Assembly: GCA_951406725.2 (NCBI GenBank)
Contig: OX597817.1
Coordinates: 152,396,001 to 152,460,000 of the forward strand
Reading direction: 5' to 3'
Source: Octopus vulgaris
Taxonomy: Eukaryota
DNA: 64,000 nt
How positions within the stretch are numbered: the stretch's first letter is position 1; each line of letters starts with the position of its first letter. Shown here piece by piece: positions 39,268 through 51,965 of the stretch. Below the pieces are notes generated by a model, which had not been told where the DNA came from, made no database searches, and saw nothing but the letters and a program-made list of their open reading frames with translations. Position numbers and translations under genes: made by a program.

Positions 39268-39761
39268 CCCTTTAGCATTCAAATTAATTTATCAAATGTA
39301 ATGCTTATTATTCGTGAAGGCACATGGCCTAGTGGTTAGAGCAGCCGACTCGCGGTTGAGGGATCATGGGTTTGAATCTCAGACTGGGCAATGTGTGTTT
39401 ATGAGTGAAACACCTAAGCTCCACGCGACTCCAACAGAAGGTAATGGCGAACTTCTGCTGACTCTTTCGCCACAACTTTCTCTCACTCTTTCCTCTTGCA
39501 TCTTGGGAACCTATATGCCAAGGAAACCGAGAAACCGGCCCTATGAGCCGGGCATAGCTTGAGAAGGAACAAACAATGCTTATTATCCACATTTTTAAAA
39601 ATTGATCATGTGTTATCGTGTAGCTTCAAGATTTTGAAGATGTGACTGTTTACTTTTAGAATGACATTGTAGGGTAGGTGTGAGAGTTTGGGCCTGGCCA
39701 TTTTTCAACATAAAACAGGTAGAATATTCGGGCCGAATAAGATCAGTTAAATGCTAAAGGA
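39268..39761. mobile_element. piggyBac-type MITE interrupted by a tRNA SINE (39312-39574)
   Basis: TTAA at 39264-67 and 39762-65. The inserted SINE has a tggcctagtggtt A-box and TSD aatgcttattat (39300-11 / 39575-86). Confidence 0.85.
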
Positions 39762-41328
39762 TTAATTTATATAAAATTTATTTTTCAATATTATAAATAC
39801 TAATTTGAAATAGAAAATAGCAACGCACACACACTGACAAGAACTGTACAAAACATGTTATTGTAATGAATATGTTGTTCATTTCATGGGCAGTGGATGG
39901 CAGCAACATTATACCATTGCAATATTTAGTTGTTTCTCTTTACATTCTTCGTTCAAATCTCACTGAAGTTAGTACAAAATTTAAAAGCAAAATAAAAACT
40001 GTTTTTTAAATTAAATATTTTATGAGGTACAGAAACTGTATGAAATTTAAGTAGTGGAGAACTTTCCCTGTGCTGTGTTCACTGTTCAAGGATGGAGATC
40101 TAAATCTGTTTCTGTTCGACTTGGTGGTGCAATACCAGGTTAACTGGAAAAGGATGTGTTGTTGCAGTAGTCTTCAGTGCAAAGATCAAGTCTTTTTAAA
40201 TAATGTGACATGATAATATTGTACTCCTGAGAACAGGAGAAGACACATGGGATGAGAACAGGAAGAGACACATGAGAGGGAGAGTCACTGAAGAGGTCAT
40301 AGGATGTGTGACAAAAGATTTCAGACAAAGGGCACTAAAATAAGAATAATAATAAAGCTGAAGTGAAGAATGAATACATAGTGCATGTAGTTATTTGGCA
40401 GGACAAAAAACCCCCCAGAAAATGACCATCCCCTAATATAACGATATCTGTTCAACACATGATTTCAAATCAAGAATCTTGTAAAACAAATACATAAATG
40501 TAATAATGATATGATAATAATTTCCTGTAATATAGTGTTAGGTAGTTTGTGTAGGGAGTAGAGTGTATTTAATTCTAAGCTATGATTACAACTTTAATGT
40601 ATAGGTAGTATATATTTTATTTATTAACACTTGGTAGGTAAATGTCAACTTTGATGTGATTCAAGCTCAGAACAATCTCAGATTAGTCTCTGGAATTCAT
40701 AAATTATTCTGTAGCTTTCTATTGGCTCATTCATTACCACTGCTCCATGGTTAGCAGAAATGATAAGGCACCAGAATAAATGCAGTACAATATCTAGTCT
40801 TATATTTGTGTACTCAAAGTTTAAATCCTCTCCAGATAGATTTTTCAGATAAGCATCTAGGGATGATAAATCAACTATATTCATTGCCATTTATTTATAA
40901 ATCAATGCAGATAAAGAAAGCTAGCTCATCAGATTACTAGAACATCAATTCCACTTACAAGGCTTTGGTCAGCCAAGGCTATTGTGGAAGATTATAGCCC
41001 TGAGTTTACCAAAGCCTTGTGAGTGGATTTGGAGATGGAAATTGAAAGGTGCCATCATATATATGTATTTATGCATGTGTGTATATTCGTGTTATGGCAT
41101 CATGTGATAGTTGTAAAGGAGTGTCACTGTCATTCAAGTGATGCCATTCATTTCCAGTCTTTTGTGAAAATATATTAGGTTATGGAGAAATATTACCTTG
41201 CTTGGAAACAGGAAGGGCTGCTGGCTATAGAAAAATCTGTCTAAATGAATTCTGTGTGGCTCATGCTAAAAAGCATTACTCATGGAAAAGCAGATGTTAA
41301 AATGATGATGATGACATGTATGTATGTA

Positions 41329-41371
<43 letters not shown>

Positions 41372-41388
41372 TCATCATCAAATATATA

Positions 41389-41940
41389 TAATTAACATAA
41401 ACAGCAGTTTGCAATGTTTCACCAAAAAGGAGAATTATAATTGTCACTAAATGTAACTAGGGTGTTAGATACACCTACATTGCTAGAAATAAGAGCTAAT
41501 GCTGTAGTCAATACACATAAGTGTAAACGTATACACTAACAGGGACCTTAACCATATGAAAAATGCCTGTTCCTGTTAGTGTATATGTTTACATTTATGT
41601 ATGTTGACTACAGCATTAGAGCATTTTAGCTCTTATTTCTAGTAATGTAAGTGTTTCTAACACCCTAATCACATTTAGTCACAGCTATACTTCTTTTTGG
41701 TGAAACATTGCAAGCTGCTGTTTATATTAATTTGATGTATACACATTAGCAAATCGCTAAATCATCCATTAATTTGGATGATGAAAACATATATACTAAT
41801 AGAGAAGCGAGTCTGAAAAGAGCTGAAGTTCAAGCCAGTCTTAACTGATGAGGCAACAGAAATTGCTGAAACTGATGTCAGTATTAGGAATTCTTAACTG
41901 GCATTTTTCAGGCGATTAAGGTTTCTGTTAATGTGTGTTA
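41389..41940 (+). mobile_element. Retrozyme-like / Penelope pLTR-like element: ~350-bp monomer preceded by an inverted partial copy
   Basis: 41389-41545 is the reverse complement of 41571-41732. 41535-41567 is an inverted copy of 41900-41934. 41923-41935 directly repeats 41571-41583. Contains a hammerhead. Confidence 0.75.
41834..41902 (+). ncRNA. Type I hammerhead ribozyme, intact core
   Basis: gccagt-cttaa CTGATGA ggcaa(cagaaa)ttgct GAAA ctga(tg)tcag TA / ttagg..actggc. All core boxes and stems I-III are present; predicted cleavage after GUA at 41883. Confidence 0.85.
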
Positions 41941-41950
41941 TATATATATA

Positions 41951-42153
41951 CAGGGTGTCCCAGAAGTTGCACACCACCTTGGTTTTTTAAAAGAATACAC
42001 TCTTAGTGATTTCAAAACCACTTTATTGAAATTAAATAGTAACAAATGCTCAAATTGAGCACCCTCTACAATAAAACATGCAGAAAAAATGTAATAAAAT
42101 AAAATGCTTTAATTATTTTAAATGGAAACCAGAATGGCTTTTGGGACACCTTG
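41951..42153. mobile_element. Tc1/mariner-type MITE
   Basis: TA TSD; TIRs cagggtgtcccagaag / cttttgggacaccttg. Confidence 0.8.
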
Positions 42154-42157
42154 TATA

Positions 42158-42480
42158 GTGAAGGCGTGTGGCTTAGTGGTTAGGGCATTCGGCTCATGAT
42201 CGTAAGGTCGTGAGTTCAATTCCCGGTGATGTGTTGTGTCCTTGAGCAAGACACTTTATTTCACTTTGCTCTAGTTCACTCAGCTGGCAAAATTGGGTAG
42301 TTCCTGTATTTGAAAGGGCCAGCCTTGTCACACTTTGTGTCATGCTGAATCTCCCTGAGAACTACATTAAGGGTGCATGTGTCTGTGGAGTGCTCAGCCA
42401 CTTGTATCTAAATTACACGAGCAAGCTGTTCTGTGCATCGTATCAGCTGGGACTCTCGTTGTTGTAACTGACAGTGCTCC
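42158..42480 (+). mobile_element. tRNA-derived SINE, family C
   Basis: tggcttagtggtt A-box, gagttcaattccc B-box, ttgtgtccttgagcaagacactt block. Related heads at 51350 and 62757. Confidence 0.85.
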
Positions 42481-42530
42481 TTTTTATATCTATCTAGTTA
42501 GGGAGCAGTAGAATATATAGATAGGTATAT

Positions 42531-42673
42531 GGGGTTACCCTGGGTTTCATGTCCATAAAATGCTCAGTTTTACAGTGTTTCTTCAGATCCTAGAATCTGG
42601 CCTACAGGTTTTAGAGTTTAAAGAAATGCTGTAAAGCTGAGCACTTTATGGACATGAAACCCAGGGTAACCCC
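42531..42673. repeat. 69-bp-arm foldback palindrome, 5-nt loop
   Basis: 42531-42599 pairs with 42605-42673 without gaps; the outer ~29 bp are perfect. Confidence 0.9.
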
Positions 42674-42727
42674 ACAAACCGCCCATATCTCTTTATCTAT
42701 CTATTTACACACACACGCGCGCACACA

Positions 42728-42764
<37 letters not shown>

Positions 42765-45599
42765 CTATATGTATATATACGCACACCCAGGCACATATGG
42801 ATATAAATATATGTACATGTACACTCATACAAACACACGCATGTGCACATACACACTCTCACTCAACATACACAAAGATATTGTGAACATGTGAGATAGT
42901 GTGTCTAAAAAGTGATAAAAAGAAAGGCAGAGAGAGAGAGAGAGAGATAAATCAACGAGTGACTGGTAAGCTGGTATTAATATTTCATCCATATTTATTT
43001 TCAATGCTGTCTTTAGAAATCCCAAATTGGAGAGTTCATAAATTAGCTACTGCTCTAAGATGTAACATGTGGGTTCAAGTGTTCAAGTATGTCTTGGCCC
43101 AGTTTTATGTTTCTTATCACTAACTGAACTGCCATAAACATAATAAATTATTTTCATTTGGCAAATACAGCTTAGCCCATTTACACACACACACACACAC
43201 ACACACTCACATGCACACAAACACTTATACATATACTCCCAGACATACATACACATACACCACACTCACACTACATATATAGACCCCCTACTTTCCTTAT
43301 TAGACATTGGTCAAGTGGATTATGAAGCATAGTATTGACTGAAGGGCAAAGGGTTTGTATCTTATATACTAAAGGTGTTAAGTGCCTTACCATAGGACAG
43401 ATACAACATTATAATTTATATTTGCCATTTTCATAAATTTTTGCTTTTTTAGCAAGTTATTTGGATATTAAGTAGATAGTGCTGCTTTAGTTAATATGTC
43501 ATGACATCACAGTTTCTTTTAGCTAATGTTGACTTTATTTGTTAATAGCACAAAATACACTCAAATGCCAATTGCCTATGTAGATATAGTATTTAACTAT
43601 ACAAATGCTGATCACATATGTACATATAATAGTTGTACAGTAGTTTAGAAAGTCAGTATGCTGGGATTCCCGAGCTGCCTAGAGTACTGCCTATGTAATT
43701 TGGAGCACCATTCAGTATGCTAAGATGGGGAGAAAAACCCTTTAGGTTGTCTGGTTTAACTTAGTAAATACATTTGGATCAGTTCCCTATGATACACAAA
43801 CTGTTGTAGAGGGAAGCAGAGCATGCTTTGTCATAGATGTTGCAAAGATATATCAAAGAAAGACTAAAGGTGAGAGGAAAGAATAAATCCTCAGTGAATA
43901 GGAAAACAAGATAATTGCTGTTTGGTGTGGTGCAGTGGTCACATGGCTAACAGAATGAGAAACATGGGTTAACTGAAACTGGACATTGGCACTGCTGGAG
44001 GGAGTGATCCTGTTGATAGGTGCTGAAATCATTCTGATTTCTGCTCAACAGCTAATGAAGGTAGTGTCTTGTAGTGCAACTGTATGTAAAATATCAAATA
44101 ATAAATATAGCCAATTAATGAACACATATGCAAATATAACAGTAGAATTCCATTAATCTAGTATCCACCAGTCCAGTAGATCTGAATGCCCAGTACTTTT
44201 TTGGATTTCATCAAAATTTGTCACTAGTTGCTGACATCACTTCCTCAGTTTACATTCAAGTTGAAAAGAGCAGTGGTTAGTACCTAAGTGTTCTGTATCT
44301 GCTGCTTATATATTGTTCATCATCATCATATGACATCTACTTTACCATGCTTGCATGCATCAGAATTTGTTGAGCAGATTTTCTATGTTTGGATGCTCTT
44401 CCTGTCACCAATCCCTACTTGTTTCTAAGTGAGGTGATATTTTCCCATAGCTAGACATATTTTTCATGGAAGACTAGAAATGAATGCTGTCATATTTATG
44501 ACACTGAGCTCATTTACAGCCATCACAAAATGTCAGGACAAGGGTAGACACAAACATACACACACACAGATACATACATCTACCCTCTCTCTCTTTTGGA
44601 GAGGCACTGAGCACCTACACACACATATACACACACGGCAGTAACTTCCGCCTACCAAATTCAATCACAAAGCTTCGGTCGGCTCGGGGCTATTGTAGAA
44701 GACACCTGCCCAAAGTGCCACGCAGTGGGACTGAACCCGAAACCATGTAACTAGGAAGCAAGCTCCCTAACCACACAGCCATGCCCTCTTTCTCTCTCTC
44801 TTTTTCTCTCTGTCACACACACACACACACATATGATGAGCTTTGACTTTCTGTTTACGAAGTCCACTCACAAAGCTTTTGTTAGCTCAGGGCTATAGCG
44901 GAAGACACTTGCTCAAGGTGCTGTACAGAGGGACTGAATGCAAAACCACATGATTGAGAAGCAAGTTTCTGATCTGCAGGGCCATGTCTGTGCCTATCCA
45001 CCCATTTTTGAATATGCCTTCCAGGGGTAATTAGAGTAACAGATTTGGGAAATCTGTGAAAAGAAAGCATGCAACTCTCACATAGCATCTGGTAATTGAA
45101 ATAATACCTGAAAACTGGGAACTATTGCAATCTACAGCTGATTCTGAAACAAGTAAAGGTTTTGATGTATAATAAACATTAAAAATATGTCAAAACTTTC
45201 AGAACTAGATGCTGTGTTATTTAAGTGGTTTAATGTAAAGGGTTCCAAGAGTACATGGATTTCAGGGCTAGTGGTCATTAAAAATACCAATTACATAAAA
45301 ATACGGGTTTTATGGAGAATTGTATGTTTGTAGGTGGATAGTATAGAATTGTTAAAATATGACATGGTGTTTCTAAACTGAATTAGTCTGGTGAAAAGGA
45401 GCAAGTAGATATGAAGGGAGTTGAAGACAGTGTTACAATATACCAGCATACTTGTTAATCTTGCATTACACAAGTCCAAAGGTTGCTAGAGTAGTGAAAC
45501 TGTACTGAAGTGCAAAATATGGTCAAATGTATATAAATGTATGTGTGTGTGTTTGCAAACGTATATATAAATATATAAATACACACACACATACATATA

Positions 45600-45817
45600 C
45601 AAGGGGGTGCTGAAAAGTTCCTGGCTTTAAGGGTATCACAAAAGGCCTGGTTGGAGGTCAACCATCCAAGTTCTTTTATACAGGGCTTAGTAAAACTGAA
45701 GGACCACTGCAATAAGTGTGTGAATCTGAGAGGGAAATATGCTGAATAATATCATAATTAACAGATCCTCATGTATTTCCTTTTACTCAAGGCCAGGAAC
45801 TTTTCAGCACCCCCTCT
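45600..45817. mobile_element. Mariner-derived MITE
   Basis: TA TSD; TIRs caagggggtgctgaaaagttcctggc / gccaggaacttttcagcaccccctct. Confidence 0.9.
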
Positions 45818-45819
45818 TA

Positions 45820-45851
<32 letters not shown>

Positions 45852-46069
45852 CTTATTTATGTGTAAATATATGTATAGGTGCAGGTTCCCTCCTACTATG
45901 TCTTCTGCATATAATAGAAGATACATTGGGCAAGTGTTTTTTACTATACCCCTAGACTGATCAAAAGCTTTTGAGTGAATTTGATAGGAAAAAACTGAAA
46001 GAAGCCTGTTATATATAAGTATATATGTGTATATATACACATGTATCTGTATGTGTATATATCTATGTA

Positions 46070-46103
<34 letters not shown>

Positions 46104-46106
<3 letters not shown>

Positions 46107-48778
46107 TCATCATCATCATCATCATCATCGTTTAACGTCCGCTTTCCGCGCTAGCACGGGTTGGACGGTTTGACCGGGTCTGGGAAGCCAGGGGCCGCTC
46201 CAGGCTCCAGTCTGAATCTGGCAGAGTTTCTACGGCTGGATGCCCTTCCTAACGCCAACCACTCCGTGAGTGGATTGGGTGCTTTTTACGTGCCACCTGC
46301 ACAGGGGCCGGAGGGTCCGGCATCGTCACGATCGGTTCGAGCATTTTAACGTGTCAGCGGCACGGGGGCAACGAGGTCCGGGGTACTTTGGGGATCGGGG
46401 TATTTTGGGGATCCAGGGTACTTTGGGGATCCGGGGTACTTTGGGGATCCGGGGTACTTAGAATGGGTAGGGGGTATGTGGAATTGCTGCAGAAAGCAGC
46501 CCGGGTCTTTGTAGTCACAGCATATCTCCAGAGATCTCGGTCCTTCGCCATTGCCTCAGTGAGGCCCAATGCTCTGAGGTCATGCTTGACCACCTCATCC
46601 CATGTCTTCCTGGGTCTACCTCTCCCCCTGATACCTTCAACTGTTTGGGAGTGGCACTTCTTCACACATCTCTCTTCATCCATCCGCAGCACATGACCAT
46701 ACCATCGCAAGCGTCGCTCTTGCACACCACATCTGATGCTTCTTATATCCAGCATTTCTCTCAAGATACTTACACTCTGTTTTGCGTGCACACTGACACT
46801 ACACATCCAGCGGATCATGCTAGCTTCATTTCTTTCAAGTCTACGCATGTCTTCTGCAGTCACAGCCCATGTTTCATTACCGTGAAGCATGGCAGTTCGC
46901 ACACATGCATCATACAATCTACCTTTTGCTCTGAGGGAGAGGCCTTTTGTTGCCAGTAGGGGTAGGAGCTTTCTGAACTTTGCCCAGGCTATTCGTATTC
47001 TAGTGGTGATACTCTCTGTGCATCCACCTCCGCTACTAACTTGGTCTCCCAGGTAGCGGAAACTATCAACTACTTCTAGTTTCTCTCCCTGGAGTGTGAT
47101 GGAATCTGTTTTCTGAGTGTCTGTTGTGTCTATTGTCCCTGTGCATCTGCCGCACATGAAAGCTATCTTATCTGTTAATTTCCCTTTAATGTTGCTGCAC
47201 CTCTTATGTGTCCATAACTTACATTGGGTGCATCTTATGGAGTTTCTACCTGTACCTTTCCTACAGGTTGAGCAGGGCCACCTACCCGAGGGGATGTGTG
47301 TTGAGTACCTCTTGCTGCTTACTAATACTTTGGTCTTTGCTACATTTATTCTAAGGCCCTTTGATTCCAACCCTTGCTTCCATACCCGAAATTTCTCTTC
47401 TAGTTCCGGTAGTGATTCTGCTATGAGAGCTAGGTCATCGGCATAGAGGAGCTCCCAGGGGCATCCCGTTTTGAATTCCTCTGTTATTGCTTGAAGGACT
47501 ATGATGAACAAAAGGGGACTGAGGGCTGAGCCCTGGTGCACACCTACTTCTACTCGGAATTCTTCACTATATTCGTTGCCAATCCTAACCTTGCTAACAG
47601 CCTCTCTGTATAGAGCCTGTACAGCCCTTATTAGCCATTCTTCAATCTCCAGTTTCCGCATCGACCACCAGATAAGGGAACGGGGAACCCTGTCAAAGGC
47701 TTTCTCCAAGTCTACAAAAGCTATGTAGAGGGGTTTATCTTTAGCTAGGTACTTCTCCTGCAGTTGTCGGACCAGGAATATAGCATCAGTGGTGCTTCTA
47801 CCTGGTACAAAACCGAACTGCATTTCATCTAAACAAATTCTCTCCCTAATGAGATTGGTTATGACCTTCTCTGAGACCTTCATCACCTGGTCCAACAGTT
47901 TGATACCTCTGTAGTTATTTCTATCTAGAGCATCACCCTTACCCTTGTAGCAGTTGACTATGGTACTGCTGCACCAGTCATTGGGTATGGCTCCATTGTG
48001 AACTACCTGGTTTACAATGCGGGTGACTATGGCATGGCCCACATAGCCAGCTGTTTTAAGCATCTCAGCAGTGATTCCTGATAGGCCAGGGGCTTTGCCT
48101 GGTTTCATATCCTTAATTGCCTTATCTACAAGGGAGCTGTCTATTCGGGTAGCTGGTCCCTCTACTGGGTCAACATTTGGCAGGCTCTCCTCCTCCCATT
48201 CATTCTCCTCATTTAGCAGTCTTTCATAATGGCTTCTCCAAGCCTCTTTCTTTTCACTAGTAGTAAAAGCAAGTGCCCCATCATCCATGCGGACACATTT
48301 CTCTCCTATAACATCGCTATTTTCTCTGACACACTGTCTGGCAATCCGAAATACTTCAGCTCTTTGATCCTCGCGACGCTGGACATTGGCAAACTTCTTC
48401 TTTTCTGCTACATCTTTGGCAATGTATACCTGCCGCCCAGCCTCCCTTTTGGCTATCTGGTACAGTTCCCTGCTGCCCCCATCCTTCCAGGCTTTCCAGG
48501 CCCGTCTCTTTTCACAGATGGCTTTATCTACTGCACTATTCCACCACCACGTAATTCTAGGTCTGGAAGGGACTTTGCACCATCCACAAACTTGGTCTGT
48601 GGCACTCAACAAGCTGTCCCGTAGGAATTCCCAGCTACCTTCTATGTCTGACGTCTGAAGCTCCTCTTCCCTCTCATCAAATTTCTTGATGAGTATGTCC
48701 CTAAATTTCTGACCATGCGAAGGGTTCTTTAGCCTCCAAATCCTTCTTTTCTGGATTGGTTTGTTTCTTGGAGTCCTT
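46104..48778 (-). mobile_element. Young 5'-truncated RTE LINE with uninterrupted RT ORF, inserted in (TA)n
   Basis: ORF 46354-48612 is open back to the truncation at 48778. It has NYRGIKLL, QFGF, GVHQGSALSP, YADD (47434-45), YLG and GRGRPRKTW. 3'UTR with stem-loop and (GAT)n; (TA)n on both sides. Confidence 0.97.
46378..46459. repeat. 18-bp tandem repeat ggggtactttggggatcc, about 4.5 copies
   Basis: Read directly; translated as STPDPQ repeats at the end of the RTE ORF. Confidence 0.9.
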
Positions 48779-48789
48779 CATATATATAT

Positions 48790-49524
48790 ATATATATATA
48801 TATGTTTATATATGACATTTGGTGATATGCCGTGCTTGAGAAGACCTGTCAAGCCAAGTGAAATCGTAGCCTGACAGATACTGGTATCACACAACTGGCA
48901 CCTGTACTGGCGGCACGTAAAAACACCCATTGCACTCTCAGAGTGGTTGGCATTAGGAAGGGCATCTAACCATAGAAACCATGCCAAATCAAACTGGAGT
49001 CTAGTGCAGCCACTCAGCTTATCAGCCCTAGTCAAACCATCCAACCCATGACAGCATGGACAATGGATGCTATATGATGATGATGATGATGTATATATAT
49101 CTGTGTGTGTGTGTGTGTGTACACGCATGTGTGTGTATATATCCATGTGTGTGTATATATATATATATGTTTATATATGACATTTGGTGATATGCCGTGC
49201 TTGAGAAGACCTGTCAAGCCAAGTGAAATCGTAGCCTGACAGATACTGGTATCACACAACTGGCACCTGTACTGGCGGCACGTAAAAACACCCATTGCAC
49301 TCTCAGAGTGGTTGGCATTAGGAAGGGCATCTAACCATAGAAACCATGCCAAATCAAACTGGAGTCTAGTGCAGCCACTCAGCTTATCAGCCCTAGTCAA
49401 ACCATCCAACCCATGACAGCATGGACAATGGATGCTATATGATGATGATGATGATGTATATATATCTGTGTGTGTGTGTGTGTGTGTGTGCACGCATGTG
49501 TGTGTATATATCCATGTGTGTGTA
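48790..49524. repeat. 365-bp tandem duplication containing a + strand RTE 3' end
   Basis: gacatttggtg at 48814 and 49179; the copies are near-identical apart from microsatellite length. Confidence 0.92.
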
Positions 49525-49994
49525 TGTCTTTGTGTTCATCCGTTCACCACTGTCCGACAACCAGTGTTAGTTTGTTTATGTTCCCATAACTTAGCAGTTC
49601 AACAAAAAAAGACTAATAGAATAAATTCCAGGCTAAAATAAAAAAAAACAAAAAAACACTGCAAGTTCTTCTTGGTTCCTTTCACCAAATCCCTTCAAGG
49701 CTGTGCTCCAGCATGGTTGTAGTTCAATGACTGAAATGAGTGAAAGATGAAAAGATGAAAGATGAAAGAAATGTTTGTGTGTATGTTTTTTCCTTCGTTT
49801 TTACATCTGCTTTTCTATGCTGACATGGCAAACATATTCACGAGGCATTGTTTTACAGCCAAATGCCTTTGCTGTCACTGACCTGTTTTTCAAGTAAGGA
49901 ATCTCTCATGTAAACAAACACACAAATACACATGCACACATGCACCACCACACACATACACATGTATATAAATTAATGATCTATCTATATATTT

Positions 49995-50577
<583 letters not shown>

Positions 50578-50775
50578 GTTAATCCAAACATGAAAACACC
50601 AAGAGGAAACACAACAACACGAGGACGTGGAACAAATATAGTATTATTGGACGCTCAGGAAGGAAGGGAAGAAGGAGGGTTTTACGTTTTGAGCAGAGCT
50701 CTTCATCAGAAACATAGGAAAAGGAAAGATCCAGAGAAGGGAAGACGGAGGAAAAAAAATCGCCAAAGGTACACA
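50578..50775 (-). mobile_element. (TA)n-embedded short element with minimal hammerhead motif
   Basis: Minus strand 50713-50679 reads gttt CTGATGA a GAGC tct GCTC aAAAC GTA aaac; (TA)n on both sides. Confidence 0.65.
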
Positions 50776-51827
50776 TATATAAATATATATATATATATAG
50801 GCATATAAATAAATAATATCTATACATCTATAAAAAATACACACAAACTCCCCCCTCTCAATTTTTATATGCTAAGTTGTTTTTGGATATTTTGGCTCAG
50901 AATAATTGAAAAATCTGCTTGTAAAGAAATAATTATAATACTCATTCCTTAACATTAAATTTTCAGGTTTTTTTTAAATCCTACACATTATACATCTTGT
51001 TCTACTATTTTTAAATCAGCCGTTAACACCAGTCTTTGGCCTTTAGGTTAATCACCTACCTGCTGTATTTGTGCACCTATTGCTCTTAAAATGTTAGACT
51101 GCACATCTTGTGTCTCTATCACAGTGTCTACATCTTTGGTATATATTCAATTTATGATATAGAGCATTACTACTTCCTCGACACTAATAGACTGAAACTA
51201 ACACATGTTGTTGTTGTTTGAATTCTTGGAATGGGGAATTAAAAATAAAGAAAAACACTAATAAAAATATAACATAAAAACTTGTTTTAACTTTTCCAAA
51301 AAATTATTAATAGTGTACAAGGAATATGATGTCACTAGCATCTGTTAAGTGAGGGTGCATGGCTTAGTGGTTAGGGTGTTGCACTTCCAGTTGTGAGATT
51401 TTGGGTTTGATTCTTGGACAGAGTGGTGTATTGTGTTGTTGAGAAAAAAAATTTCATATCATATTGTTCTGCAATCACTTAAACATCAGACGTGTGTCAC
51501 ACCGTGTACCTGTACAGGCAATGTCGATTTTATGGAGGAAGAGAGCTAATGTGCAACACATACGTTTGAGTGTTATAAACATCTGTGCAAGTCATTCAAC
51601 AAAAAATTGCAGAACTGTCTTTCTTGGACTCGAGATGAGAAATAATTGTGAAAGGGCTATTAAAAGACATCGAGCAATATCATGTTTAGACATGAGATGA
51701 GAATAAATTATATAGCTCCAGCTTTAGAATGAGGTAATTAATTAAAATAAAATTTTTCTTGCAGTATTTCTGATTTACAAGTAAAACAATGTTTGTGATT
51801 ATTAATTAACACTGTTATTAATTGCAG

Positions 51828-51965
51828 GCTACCAGCAATGTGGTTCTTAATCGTTCTCCAGAACATTCTGAATTCCGACAACTGACCTTCAAGAATGTTG
51901 GCACTGTATATGATCTATTAGCTATAGCATTGGTAAAAAGGGCACACTTCACTTTACTAGCAGAG
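51828..51965 (+). CDS. TTC7B: TTC7/TTC7B coding exon
   Basis: ttgcag/gtgagt, phase 0 to 0. ATSNVVLNRSPEH...VYDLLAIALVKRAHFTLLAE; compare TTC7B AVLSRIPEH...VYDLLTIALGRRGQYEMLSE. Confidence 0.96.

Noticed and set aside
46388-48658. + strand ORFs overlapping the RTE copies (also 22072-24743)
   Set aside because: Antisense shadows of the LINE ORF; no independent motifs.
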